Shown: positions 24,273 to 34,108 of the stretch, one piece after another | Layout: every line of letters begins with the position of its first letter | Numbering within the stretch: position 1 is the stretch's first letter | Assembly: GCA_036499125.1 (NCBI GenBank) | Contig: DASYEH010000014.1 | Location: forward strand, 53,156-117,155 | Reading direction: 5' to 3' | Source: Gemmatimonadales bacterium | Lineage (GTDB): Bacteria > Gemmatimonadota > Gemmatimonadetes > Gemmatimonadales > GWC2-71-9 | DNA length: 64,000 nt | Notes under the pieces: model-generated | What the model saw: the letters and a program-made list of their open reading frames with translations, nothing else | The model's database searches: none | Told to the model about the DNA's origin: nothing | Program-made: the position numbers and the translations under genes

Positions 24273-27200
24273 GCCGGGAGGGCGCGGGCTGCCCGGGCGA
24301 GTGCCCGGCGCTCCTTGCGCCGTTCGATCACTGCGTAGAGGGCCGGCATCAGGAAGAAGGTGACACCGAGCTGACTGATCGACCCGCCGATCACGCCGGC
24401 CGCGAGCGGTTGATAGAGCGCGCCACCCTGGCCGAGGTTCAGCACCAGCGGAATCACGCCGGCGATCGCGGTAAAGGTCGTCATGGTGATGGCGCGGAGC
24501 CGTTTGTGCCCGCCGCGCATCACGGCTTCATCGATCGGATAGCCGAGGTCGCGATAGCGATGAATGGCGTCGAGCTTGACGACGGCCTCATTGTCGGCCA
24601 TGCCGATCATCACGACGATGCCGATCAGCGATACCGCATTGAGCGACTGGCCGGTGGCCCAGAGCAGGAAGACGCTGCCAGCGCCAGCGATTGGTACTGT
24701 CGTCATCACGATCAGCGGCGACGTGAACGACGAGAACTCGCCGGCGAGCACCAGGAACATCAGCGCTGCCGCCAGGATCGCCACCAGGCCGAGCTGCTTG
24801 GTGGTGCGGCGCTGTTCGGTATCGGCACCGGTGACCTGCCACGATACGCCGGGCGCCAGGGTAAGCCCGGCCATTGTGGCCTCGACGGCGCGCGATGCCC
24901 GCGAGGTGCCGCCGTGTTCCACCACCCCTTGCACGATGGTGACCGGACGCTGGTCAACGCGGACCACTTCCATTGGCGCACGCCGCTCGGCGACGGTGAC
25001 CAGTTCGCCGATCGGGACATCCTGCACCGTCGCTTCCAACGCGGTGGTGATGTTCTCGTTGGCGTTGCCGGCGTAGCGCACCCGGATAGGGGTGTGCTGG
25101 TCGGTCTCGCGAAGATCGTCGGCTGACACGCCGCCGAGCGCGCCCTGCAGGGCGCTGAGCACGGCGTCGATCGTCAGCCCGCGGCGCGCAATCCGGTCGC
25201 GCAGCAACGAGACTTCGATGACCGGCTCGGTGCCGCTGAAGGCATCCTGGACATCGGCGAGGTTGGAGTCGCGGGCAATCGCATTGCGGACCACCACCGC
25301 TGCGGCCTGGGAGTCTTCCTCGCGCGGCGCGGAGATTTCCACCCGGACGCTGCGCCCTTCGCGACCGATCAGCGACCCGAACTCCGATTGGCCCGCCAGG
25401 TCGAGCGACAGCGCGCCGTTGGTCAGGTCGGGGACCGCGGCGCGCAAGCGATCGCCAAAGGCGGCCGCCTTCATCCCTTGCGGCACCGGAAAGACAAACA
25501 TGGCGGTGGCGGACGAGCCGGGCTCGGAGCCGCTGAGCACTTCTTCGTCGCTGGCCACGCCAACCCGTGCGTAGGTCCCCTGACTGCCGAGTCCCGCGGC
25601 CGCCGCTTGCAGTCGGTCCGCCTGATGGAGCGTCTCTTCGATGGCGGTACCCGGGGCGAGCCGTAGCTGCGCGGTGACGGTTCCCTCGTCCACTTGCGGC
25701 AGAATTTCGCGCGGCAGGTGTACCAGCAGGAAGATGGTCGCGATCACGCACACGACGCCGATCGCAAGGACCCGCACCGGGTGGCGCAGTGACCAGGTCA
25801 GGCCAATCTCATAGACCCGCGTCATGTGATAGCCGGCCTTGTCGAGAATCCCGGGGTTCTCGGGCATCTCCGCCATGTGCGGTTCGAGCGCCATCTCGGG
25901 CGACCAGCGCCGGTCCGCTGGGTGATGCACGGGGCCGTGGCCCGCTTCGGCCACCCGGCGATCACGCTTCTTGTGGCCCCAGAGTGTGAGGACCGGCATC
26001 AGCGTCAGGGCGAGGACCAGTGATGCCATCAGCGTGACGACGACGGAGATGGAGAGATCGCGGAAGAGCGCCGCTGACAATCCCTGCACAAAGACGATCG
26101 GGCCGAAGACGAGTGCGGTGGTGAGGGTGCCGGCGATCAGCGGCGCGCTGACTTCGTCGGCGGCGACGCGCGCCGCTTCCTGGTCTGCTTCACCGACGTC
26201 GCGACCACGCTCGGTTGCTTCCGCCACGACGATTGCGTTGTCGACGAGCATGCCGACTGCCAGCGCCAGGCCACCCAGCGACAGGATGTTGATCGTGACA
26301 TGAAAGAGTTGCATCAGCGTCAGTGATACGAATACGGACAGCGGTACCATCACGCCGATCGCCAGCGACATTCGCAAGTCGCGCAGGAAGAGCAGGATGA
26401 TCAGTACGGACAGGATGCCACCAACGACAATCTCCTGCCAGAGATTGCTGAGCGCGGCGCTGACGAAGGCTGCCTGGGCTGCGACGACGCGGACGTGGAC
26501 ATCGGGAAACTGGTGTGCCAGCAGGGCCAGCGCCCGGTCGATGCCAGCGGTGACCTTGACGGTATTGGCGCCGGCGTCCTTGTAGACCACCAGGCCCACC
26601 GCGGACTTGCCATCGAGGCGGACGATGGTGCGCGGATCGGCGCTCGCCGGCGTGATCGTCGCGACATCGGCGAGCCGGATGCCGTGCGCGGCGGGCCCCA
26701 CCGGCACGTCGCGCAGTTGCGCCGGGTCCTGCAGCTCCGTCAGGGTGCGCACCGAGAAACGGAACTGACCACGCCGCACCGTGCCACCCTGGTCAATGAC
26801 GTTGGCGGCCTTGATCGCGGTAGCGACGTCGTCGGGGCTGATTCCCATCGCGCGCGATCGATCGGGGTCCATGTCGACGCGCACCTCGTCCGATGGATCA
26901 CCGACGACGCCGACGCTGGCAACGCCGTCGAGCTGCTCCAGCTGGCGGGCATGGACTTCCCGCGCGGTCCGCGCGATGGCGCGCAGGTCGCCCGGGCCAG
27001 TGAGGGCCAGGATGGCGATGGGCCGTTCGCCGGGATCAGATGTCAGCAGGGTCGGACGTTCCGGCAAGTTGCCTGCCGCGTTGTCCAGCTTCTCGCGCAC
27101 CTGCAACACGGTCCGCGCCATGTCGGTGCCCCACGCAAACGAGAGCGTGGTGTTGTCCTCACCGTTGCGGCTGACCGATCGCATGCTGACCAGGCCCGCC

Positions 27201-27421
27201 GTCGAGCCGAGCGCATTCTCGATCGGCTCGGCGACGAAGCGCGACACTTCCTCTGCGGCAGCGCCCTTGTCGACGGTGCGGATCGTCAGGACGGGCAAGG
27301 CCACGTCAGGAAGGAGGGAGACCGGCATCTGCGAAATCGACACCACGCCCAGCAACACCATGGTGAGCGTGGCGGCGATCGTCGTGACGGGGCGCTTGAG
27401 CGCCGCCGAACTCAGCGACAT
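24269..27421 (-). CDS. RND efflux transporter permease (AcrB/MdtB-like), first of two
   Basis: Start at 27421 (MSLSSAALKRPVTTIAATLTMVLLGVVSISQMPVSLLPDV). LGGLALAVGMLVDNAIVV is the conserved RND TM4 region. Confidence 0.9.
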   Translation of the reverse strand: MSLSSAALKRPVTTIAATLTMVLLGVVSISQMPVSLLPDVALPVLTIRTVDKGAAAEEVSRFVAEPIENALGSTAGLVSMRSVSRNGEDNTTLSFAWGTDMARTVLQVREKLDNAAGNLPERPTLLTSDPGERPIAILALTGPGDLRAIARTAREVHARQLEQLDGVASVGVVGDPSDEVRVDMDPDRSRAMGISPDDVATAIKAANVIDQGGTVRRGQFRFSVRTLTELQDPAQLRDVPVGPAAHGIRLADVATITPASADPRTIVRLDGKSAVGLVVYKDAGANTVKVTAGIDRALALLAHQFPDVHVRVVAAQAAFVSAALSNLWQEIVVGGILSVLIILLFLRDLRMSLAIGVMVPLSVFVSLTLMQLFHVTINILSLGGLALAVGMLVDNAIVVAEATERGRDVGEADQEAARVAADEVSAPLIAGTLTTALVFGPIVFVQGLSAALFRDLSISVVVTLMASLVLALTLMPVLTLWGHKKRDRRVAEAGHGPVHHPADRRWSPEMALEPHMAEMPENPGILDKAGYHMTRVYEIGLTWSLRHPVRVLAIGVVCVIATIFLLVHLPREILPQVDEGTVTAQLRLAPGTAIEETLHQADRLQAAAAGLGSQGTYARVGVASDEEVLSGSEPGSSATAMFVFPVPQGMKAAAFGDRLRAAVPDLTNGALSLDLAGQSEFGSLIGREGRSVRVEISAPREEDSQAAAVVVRNAIARDSNLADVQDAFSGTEPVIEVSLLRDRIARRGLTIDAVLSALQGALGGVSADDLRETDQHTPIRVRYAGNANENITTALEATVQDVPIGELVTVAERRAPMEVVRVDQRPVTIVQGVVEHGGTSRASRAVEATMAGLTLAPGVSWQVTGADTEQRRTTKQLGLVAILAAALMFLVLAGEFSSFTSPLIVMTTVPIAGAGSVFLLWATGQSLNAVSLIGIVVMIGMADNEAVVKLDAIHRYRDLGYPIDEAVMRGGHKRLRAITMTTFTAIAGVIPLVLNLGQGGALYQPLAAGVIGGSISQLGVTFFLMPALYAVIERRKERRALARAARALPA

Positions 27422-27434
27422 GCGGGCTGTTCCG

Positions 27435-28559
27435 TCAGTGCGCGGCCACGTCGCGACGTGGCGTGAGGTGAATCGGAGCCTGATGGGTGAGGGTGCGCTG
27501 GCCTTCGGTGAGGACCATGTCACCGGGGTGCAGCGGAATCACGCCGGTCGAACTGTCGGGCAGGACTTCTGTTTCGCGTCCGTTGCTCCGCCCGGTGAGC
27601 ACATAGACCCACTCGGCGCGGCCATCCTTGGCGACGAAGACCAGCGGACGCCCGTCGCGCTCGACCAGTGCCTGCGTCGGAATCAGGATGCGATCGGCCA
27701 GGCGATTGGTCTCGAGCCGCACATCGGCGTACATGCCGGGTCGGAGGGTACCGTCGCCGGTGATCCGGATGATCGCGCGCCCGGCGCGGGTGACGCTGTC
27801 CACCAGCGGCAGCACCGCAGCAATGACCCCCCGCACCGGGCGATCGGGGATTGCCGCAACGGTCACGACTGCCTCGCCGCCAACCCGGAGCAGGGGAAGG
27901 TCATGCTCCAGGACCTGCGCCTCGACCCGCAGGTGCTTCATGTCGACGACGGTGGCGATGTCTGCACCGACGGAGATGCGGTCGCCCACGGCCACGGCGA
28001 CGCTTTCAATCGTGCCATCAAACGGCGCGGTGATGGTGGCGTGGTCGCGCGCCATCTTGGCCTTCTGCAGACTCACCTCGAGCCCGTCGATGTTGTGGCT
28101 GGCCCGAGCGAATGACCGCCGGGCCTCGCGGACCTTGCCTTCGGTGACTGAATCGGCGTAGACATCGGAGTTGTAGCCAAAGAGCCCTGCGTCGAGCGCG
28201 GCCTGCGCGGATTGCACGTCGAGGTCCAGCGGCTTGGGATCGATCGTGACCAACGCCTGGCCGGCAGTGACCCGGTCGCCTGGGCGTACCGTCACGGCGA
28301 TGACCGTGCCCTGGGCTTCCGATTTCAGCATTGATGTCGCGTCGGTGCGGACCTGCCCGGTGGCGTTGACCGTGAGGATCAGGTCGCCCTTGCGAACCGG
28401 CTCCCCGACCACAGGGAGGGCCAGTGTGCTGGCTCCCTTGCTCGAATCGGTCGCCGCCGTGAGTGGCCCGTCGGCGCCGTCTGTCGGCGTTTTCTTGCCG
28501 CAACCGACCAGCGGGAGCAGGGCAATCAGGACGAGGGATCGGGACAGGATGTGGCGCAT
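27435..28559 (-). CDS. Efflux RND periplasmic adaptor (membrane fusion protein), lipoprotein
   Basis: MRHILSRSLVLIALLPLVGCGKK lipobox. Coiled-coil/lipoyl/beta-barrel order typical of the HlyD/MFP family (ITAPFDGTI, VRLET). Confidence 0.9.
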   Translation of the reverse strand: MRHILSRSLVLIALLPLVGCGKKTPTDGADGPLTAATDSSKGASTLALPVVGEPVRKGDLILTVNATGQVRTDATSMLKSEAQGTVIAVTVRPGDRVTAGQALVTIDPKPLDLDVQSAQAALDAGLFGYNSDVYADSVTEGKVREARRSFARASHNIDGLEVSLQKAKMARDHATITAPFDGTIESVAVAVGDRISVGADIATVVDMKHLRVEAQVLEHDLPLLRVGGEAVVTVAAIPDRPVRGVIAAVLPLVDSVTRAGRAIIRITGDGTLRPGMYADVRLETNRLADRILIPTQALVERDGRPLVFVAKDGRAEWVYVLTGRSNGRETEVLPDSSTGVIPLHPGDMVLTEGQRTLTHQAPIHLTPRRDVAAH

Positions 28560-28805
28560 CAGAACCTCGCGGCGGCCGACCAGGGGATCGACTGCGGAAT
28601 GAGGCGCGGCGCGGAGCGGACACTTTTCCGGCCGAACTGGCTCGTCGCGGACGGTTCCGCGATGTCAATATGTGTCATGATAGATCGGTCAGCACGTCAG
28701 GTTCCGCAAGGGGGCCCGGGGTCAGCGCACCCGGCAGCCGCGAAACCGTGGCGCTCCCTCCCGCGTTAGTTTGAGTCGTGCTTTCTCTCGCTCAGGATCG
28801 TCAAG

Positions 28806-30368
28806 TTGACTCGTAAGACTGTGCTTCGTCGCTGGATTCCCCTTGGCGTGCTCGCGCTCGCCATTCCTCTGGTCTTTGGCGCCGCTCGTCGCCGCGCCGC
28901 GCCGGGCAACGGCGCCAACGTGCTGGGTCAGGTGTTCCAGATTGTTTCGCAGCGATTCATCGATTCGTTGCCTGAGGATTCGGTCTACATCCGGGCCGCC
29001 CGCGGTCTCGTCAACTCACTCGACGATCCGTACGCGTCGTTGTACAACCAGAAGGAAATCAATGACTTCATGCGCAACACCATCGGCAACTCGTATGGTG
29101 GGCTTGGCATGGGGATCAATCAGCAGGATTCCACTGTCGTCGTCGCAGATGTCTTTCCGGGGTCGCCGGCAGAGCGTGGCGGGGTCGAGCGCGGTGACCT
29201 GATTCTCAAGGTCGACAGCGATCGCGCCGTGGGTTGGACGACGGACAAGGTATCGCAGCACTTGACCGGCCCGATTGGCACGCCGGTGCAGGTGACCTTT
29301 GGCCGGGTCGGCATGACGTCGCCGATCGTGACCAGGTTTACCCGTGCCCAGGTCCACGCGGCGGCGGTGCCGTACACGCTGATGCTCGACGATCATATCG
29401 GCTACATCCCGCTGCAGCGGTTCAACGTGACCGCGGGGCCCGAACTGGCGGCTGCGGTGCGTGACCTCGAACATCGGGGTGCGACGCGCTATGTCGTCGA
29501 CTTGCGCGCCAATGGTGGTGGCGACGTCGAGGGAGCGATCCAGGTCAGTAATGTCTTCCTGCCACGCGGCGCCGAAATCGCCACCCAGCGGGAACGCAAC
29601 GTGGCGCCCAAGATTCACACGGCCACCGCCGAACCGGTCACGACGACGGCTCCGCTCGCGGTCCTCGTGGATGGCGGTACCGCCTCGGCGTCGGAAATCG
29701 TGACCGGCGCATTGCAGGACCACGACCGCGCGCTGGTGCTCGGCACCCAGACCTTCGGCAAGGGACTGGTGCAGGCGGTCTACAATCTCGATGGCGGGTT
29801 CGCGCTGAAGATCACCACCGGCAAGTGGTACACGCCGAGCGGCCGATCGATTCATCGCGACCGCAAGCTCGTCGATGGGCGACTGGTGCTGAGTGATTCT
29901 GGTGGTGATACCGCCAAGGCGGTGATCACCCATTCCGATGGCGGCCGTCCGTTGGTCGCGCGGGGCGGAATTTCGCCGGACGTCACGGTGAACCCTGACA
30001 CGCTCAACAGCGCCGAACAGAGCTTCATCCGGGTGGTGATTCCGAAGGCGGCGCAGTTCCGTTCGGCCATCTTTGACGAGGCGCGCGAGCAGCACGGCCA
30101 TGTCACCGAAGGCTTTGTGGTCACGCCAGCACTCCGTCAGGAACTGCGCGACCGCCTGGCACGGGGCGGCATCACGTTCGATGACACGACCTTCAACGGC
30201 GGTGCCAACTACCTCGACCAGTTGCTCGCCCAGCAGACGCTGCGGCTCGCGTTTGGTGATTCGGCGGCAGTGCGGCGAAGCATTTCAGTGGACGCCCCGC
30301 TATTGCGTGCCATCACCATGCTGAAGAAGGCGAATACCCAGGCGGAGTTGATCAAAGAGGCGACCTGA
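28806..30368 (+). CDS. S41-family C-terminal processing peptidase
   Basis: YGGLGMGINQQDSTVVVADVFPGSPAERGGVERGDLILKVD (PDZ domain). VVDLRANGGGDV. ASASEIVTGALQDHDRALVLGTQTFGKGLVQ. TTG start. Confidence 0.9.
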   Translation: MTRKTVLRRWIPLGVLALAIPLVFGAARRRAAPGNGANVLGQVFQIVSQRFIDSLPEDSVYIRAARGLVNSLDDPYASLYNQKEINDFMRNTIGNSYGGLGMGINQQDSTVVVADVFPGSPAERGGVERGDLILKVDSDRAVGWTTDKVSQHLTGPIGTPVQVTFGRVGMTSPIVTRFTRAQVHAAAVPYTLMLDDHIGYIPLQRFNVTAGPELAAAVRDLEHRGATRYVVDLRANGGGDVEGAIQVSNVFLPRGAEIATQRERNVAPKIHTATAEPVTTTAPLAVLVDGGTASASEIVTGALQDHDRALVLGTQTFGKGLVQAVYNLDGGFALKITTGKWYTPSGRSIHRDRKLVDGRLVLSDSGGDTAKAVITHSDGGRPLVARGGISPDVTVNPDTLNSAEQSFIRVVIPKAAQFRSAIFDEAREQHGHVTEGFVVTPALRQELRDRLARGGITFDDTTFNGGANYLDQLLAQQTLRLAFGDSAAVRRSISVDAPLLRAITMLKKANTQAELIKEAT

Positions 30369-30390
30369 AGTCCGGTCGCCCTGAGGGCAA

Positions 30391-30424
30391 CGAAGGATCG
30401 GTGAGGGTCCCAGGCCGATCCTTC
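30391..30424 (+). terminator. Hairpin downstream of the S41 peptidase gene
   Basis: 11-bp stem CGAAGGATCGG / CCGATCCTTCG with a 12-nt loop, 23 nt after the stop. No clear U-tract. Confidence 0.5.
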
Positions 30425-30553
30425 GCTGCGCTGAGGGTGCCACGATCCGCGACACTCTCTACCCCGGGACGGGCATCACGTCCCGGGTTTCTGCTATTAT
30501 TCCACCGCAGCATGTTACTCCCGCGTTTCCTACTGACACATGATGGAGGCAGG

Positions 30554-33500
30554 ATGTCCCGAATGATCGGGTCGATGCGCGCGCTTGCGCTGGCCGCAGC
30601 GGCCGTTGGCATGGTGCATGTTCCGGCGCTGGTGGCACAGCAGGCTCATCCGGCTGCCGCGCGGGCCACTGTGGCGCGCAAGGCGGCGCCGCAGAAGAAC
30701 GACTCCGCCTATACGGCAAAGATCAAGGAATACCTGTCGGATCCACGGATCTCGACCGAACTGGTCGACCACCTGCCGGCGTCGGCGACGGTGCCGACGC
30801 CGCTCAAATATCTCGGCCGGATCATCGGCACGCCGGAGGAGTTGACCCACGTGGCCGATATTCACGGCTACATGCGGGCGATTGCCAAGGCGTCGCCGCG
30901 TGCCAAGGTCTGGAGCATTGGCAAGACGGAAGAGGGCCGCGAGATGATCATCATGGCCATTGCCGATGAACAGACGATCGCCACGATCGACAAATACAAG
31001 GGGTATCTCAAGGAACTGACCGACCCGCGCAAGACCAGCGAAGCGCGTGCGCAGCAACTGCTGCACACTGCCAAGCCGATCTACTGGATCACCAGCGGCA
31101 TGCACTCGCCGGAAACCGGTGGCCCGGAGATGCTGATGGAGCTGGCCTACCGGTTGACGGTGGAGGAAACGCCGCTGATCCAGAATATTCGCAACAACAT
31201 CATCACGATCATCACGCCGGTCGTCGAACCTGATGGCCGCGACAAGGTCGTCGATGCGTTCTACTACAACAAGAAGAACGCCGCGACCACCGGCCGGATG
31301 GGAATCCCGTACTGGGGCAAGTATGTCGAGCACGACGACAATCGTGACGGCATGGGGCAGATGCTCGACCTGACCAAGAACATCACTCGCGCCTTCCTCG
31401 ACTGGACGCCGCAGGTGATGCACGATCTGCACGAGTCGGTCACCTACCTCTATGTCTCGACCGGTACTGGCCCGTACAACGAGGAGCTTGATCCGATCAC
31501 GGTCAACGAGTGGTGGACCATGGCGGAGAACGACATCCTTGAAATGACCAAGCGCGGCGTGCCGGGTGTATGGACCTATAACTATTACGATGGCTGGGTG
31601 CCGAACTACATGTTCTTCATCGCCCACGAGCACAACGCCATCGGCCGCTTCTACGAAGTGCAGAGTTACGGGTCGGACACGACCTGGGTGCGCCCCGGTG
31701 CCACCACCACGAGCCGCGAGTGGTATCGTCCGAATCCGCCGCTCGAAGCGATCAAGTGGAGCCCGCGCGCCAACACCAACATCCAGGAATCGGCGCTGCT
31801 CTTCGCCCTCAACGGCTTTGCCAACAATCGGCACATGTATCTCGAGGATTACTGGATCAAGAACAAGAATGCGGTCAACAAGGGGAAGCACGGACCGATC
31901 TTCGGTTGGGTGATTCCGGCCGGCCAGCACGCCGCCGAGAACGCGGCCGAAGCCGTCAACGACCTGCGGGCGCAGGGGCTGGAGTTCCATCGCGCCAGCC
32001 GCGCGTTCAAGGCCGGTAATGTGTCGGTGGCGGCAGGCGACTACATCGTGCGCGGCGATCAGCCGTACCGGACGCTGGCGGCGATGTATTTCTCGCTCCA
32101 GAACTTTGCGCCGGACAACCCGTCGCCGTATGACGACACCGGCTGGACCTTCCCGTTGATGCGGAACCTCACCGTCACCGCGCTCACCGATTCATCGGCG
32201 CTTGCTGAGCCGATGACGCCGATTACCGCCGATGTCCGGGCCCCGGGTGGCATCACCGGCACCGGCAACGTGGTGATCGTGGCCAACAATCAGGACAACA
32301 CCCTGGTCACCTTCCGCTTCAAGTTCCCCGGCGTGAAGATGCAAGCCGCCGAACAGGGCTTCGATGTGGCGGGCCATCATCTGGAAGCGGGATCGCTGAT
32401 CGTGCCGAATGCCTCTGCGGCGCAGCTTGATCCCGAGCTGCGGACGCTCGGCCTTACGGCATACGCCATGGCGAGCGCGCCGAGTGTCAAGACGCATGAC
32501 CTGACGATTCCGCGGATCGGTTATGTCCACAGCTGGACCAGCACGCAGGACGAGGGTTGGGTCCGCGGTGCGCTCGATCACTACGGCGTGCCGTACACCT
32601 ACTTCGGCGAGCCGATGCTGAAGGGGCAGAACCTGCGTGCCAAGTACGACGTGATCATCTATCCGTCCGGTGGCACCGGGGTGAGTGCTGGCCGCGGTGG
32701 CTTTGGTGGCGCAGCGGGTGCTGCGGCGAACACCGCACCGATCCCCTACAAGAAGTCTGCCGAATACCCGAGCTTCGGTACGCCTGACTCGACTGACAAC
32801 CTGCGCGACACCGGCGGGCCCGAGGCGATGAAGGCGCTGTACGAGTTCGTGCAGCAGGGCGGCACGCTGATTACCGAAGGCGGCACGGCGTCGATCTTCC
32901 CGAGCCTCGACCTGACGCCCGGCCTGCACGTCGAACCGTCGAACGGATCGGGGCTCTTTGCTCGCGGCACCATTCTCCGTGGCATGATCACCGACAAGAG
33001 CAGCCCGCTGGTGTATGGCTATCAGCATGACGAGGTCCCGGTCTACTTCAGCAGCGGGCCGATCCTGACGACGACGCCGTCAGCCGCCGTTGCTGCGGCG
33101 CCGGCGGCTGGCCGCGGTGGTAACGGCCGGTCGAGCACCACTGGCCAGTACACCACGCCCATGGCCGCGCCGAACCGGGTCGAGTTGTCGCCGTGGGACC
33201 CGGACAAGACCGGCACGCCGTACGGTGTGCGCGCCGACTCGGCTGCTGAAGTGGCCGCCCTGGCACAGTCGGGTGGTCGCGGCGGCCGAGGTGGTCGTGG
33301 TGGCGGGGCGGGCGGGGCGGGCGGGGCGGGCGGTGGCGGATTCGGACGCGGTGGTGGAGCTGCGGCGGCGGCGCCGACCCTGCCGGGCGTGACTGCGGAT
33401 CCCGGCTCACGGGCGCGCGTGGTGATGTCGTTCCCGGTCAAGACCAGCGACATGCTGCTCTCGGGCACCCTGGCCGACGCAGACATTCTGTCGTCGAAGG

Positions 33501-33646
33501 CGCAGTTGATTGATGAGTCGGTCGGCAAGGGACACCTGGTGATGTTTGCCTTCCGGCCCTACTGGCGCTGGCAGACGCAGGGTACCTTCGCGATGGGCTT
33601 CAACGCCATCATGAACTGGGACCATCTCGACGCGGGGAGCAAGTAG
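30554..33646 (+). CDS. Large secreted M14-family zinc carboxypeptidase-like protein with C-terminal Gly/Arg-rich insert
   Basis: ATG at 30554 with GGAGG 5 nt upstream. Signal peptide MRALALAAAAVGMVHVPALVAQQ. HxxE zinc motif in WITSGMHSPETGGPEMLMELAYRL. Low-complexity GGRGGRGGRGGGAGGAGGAGGGGFGRGGG. Confidence 0.8.
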   Translation: MSRMIGSMRALALAAAAVGMVHVPALVAQQAHPAAARATVARKAAPQKNDSAYTAKIKEYLSDPRISTELVDHLPASATVPTPLKYLGRIIGTPEELTHVADIHGYMRAIAKASPRAKVWSIGKTEEGREMIIMAIADEQTIATIDKYKGYLKELTDPRKTSEARAQQLLHTAKPIYWITSGMHSPETGGPEMLMELAYRLTVEETPLIQNIRNNIITIITPVVEPDGRDKVVDAFYYNKKNAATTGRMGIPYWGKYVEHDDNRDGMGQMLDLTKNITRAFLDWTPQVMHDLHESVTYLYVSTGTGPYNEELDPITVNEWWTMAENDILEMTKRGVPGVWTYNYYDGWVPNYMFFIAHEHNAIGRFYEVQSYGSDTTWVRPGATTTSREWYRPNPPLEAIKWSPRANTNIQESALLFALNGFANNRHMYLEDYWIKNKNAVNKGKHGPIFGWVIPAGQHAAENAAEAVNDLRAQGLEFHRASRAFKAGNVSVAAGDYIVRGDQPYRTLAAMYFSLQNFAPDNPSPYDDTGWTFPLMRNLTVTALTDSSALAEPMTPITADVRAPGGITGTGNVVIVANNQDNTLVTFRFKFPGVKMQAAEQGFDVAGHHLEAGSLIVPNASAAQLDPELRTLGLTAYAMASAPSVKTHDLTIPRIGYVHSWTSTQDEGWVRGALDHYGVPYTYFGEPMLKGQNLRAKYDVIIYPSGGTGVSAGRGGFGGAAGAAANTAPIPYKKSAEYPSFGTPDSTDNLRDTGGPEAMKALYEFVQQGGTLITEGGTASIFPSLDLTPGLHVEPSNGSGLFARGTILRGMITDKSSPLVYGYQHDEVPVYFSSGPILTTTPSAAVAAAPAAGRGGNGRSSTTGQYTTPMAAPNRVELSPWDPDKTGTPYGVRADSAAEVAALAQSGGRGGRGGRGGGAGGAGGAGGGGFGRGGGAAAAAPTLPGVTADPGSRARVVMSFPVKTSDMLLSGTLADADILSSKAQLIDESVGKGHLVMFAFRPYWRWQTQGTFAMGFNAIMNWDHLDAGSK

Positions 33647-33688
33647 GCTCGACCGGTCGTGTGGTGATGCAGGTGAGACGCCGTCCGG

Positions 33689-34108
33689 TCAGGTACCGGG
33701 CGGCGTCATCATCATCCAGAGGTGTATGCCGCTGCCGGTTTCTCCCGGGCTGCGGTCGTTGCAGATCCCCTCGAAGGTCATGCCGTCGCGGCGGCTGAGC
33801 CGGCAGTAGAGGAACGACGCCGGGCCGGTGTTCCAATCGAACGTCAGTACATCGTTCTTGACCTTGGCGCCGGCCATGTCGTAGGTCACGCCGCTGCGGC
33901 CCGTGAGCGTGATCACGATGTGCTTGCCGACGTGCTGGACGTCGTAGCTGACGCGGATGCTGTCCTGATCGGGCTGTTGCAACCAGCCGCGCCAGCGGCC
34001 GTCCATCATGTCCTGCGCGGCATTCTTGACCGCCTTTGGCGCGGCCTGCGCCGTGAGCGGTGCGGCCAGTGCGCCCGCCATCACCACGATCCACCCAGCT
34101 CGCATCAT
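33689..34108 (-). CDS. Secreted hypothetical protein
   Basis: MMRAGWIVVMAGALAAPLTAQAAP signal peptide. Its start overlaps the arfB stop (ATGATG/TGA). Confidence 0.55.
   Translation of the reverse strand: MMRAGWIVVMAGALAAPLTAQAAPKAVKNAAQDMMDGRWRGWLQQPDQDSIRVSYDVQHVGKHIVITLTGRSGVTYDMAGAKVKNDVLTFDWNTGPASFLYCRLSRRDGMTFEGICNDRSPGETGSGIHLWMMMTPPGT

Noticed and set aside
28560-28805. Divergent 245-bp region between the MFP gene and the S41 peptidase gene, including the direct repeat TGTCAATATGTGTCATGATAG and the small ORF 28551-28769.
   Set aside because: I looked for a TetR-type operator or a small regulator gene. There is no convincing palindrome and no HTH-like ORF. The TGTCA direct repeat alone is too weak to call.
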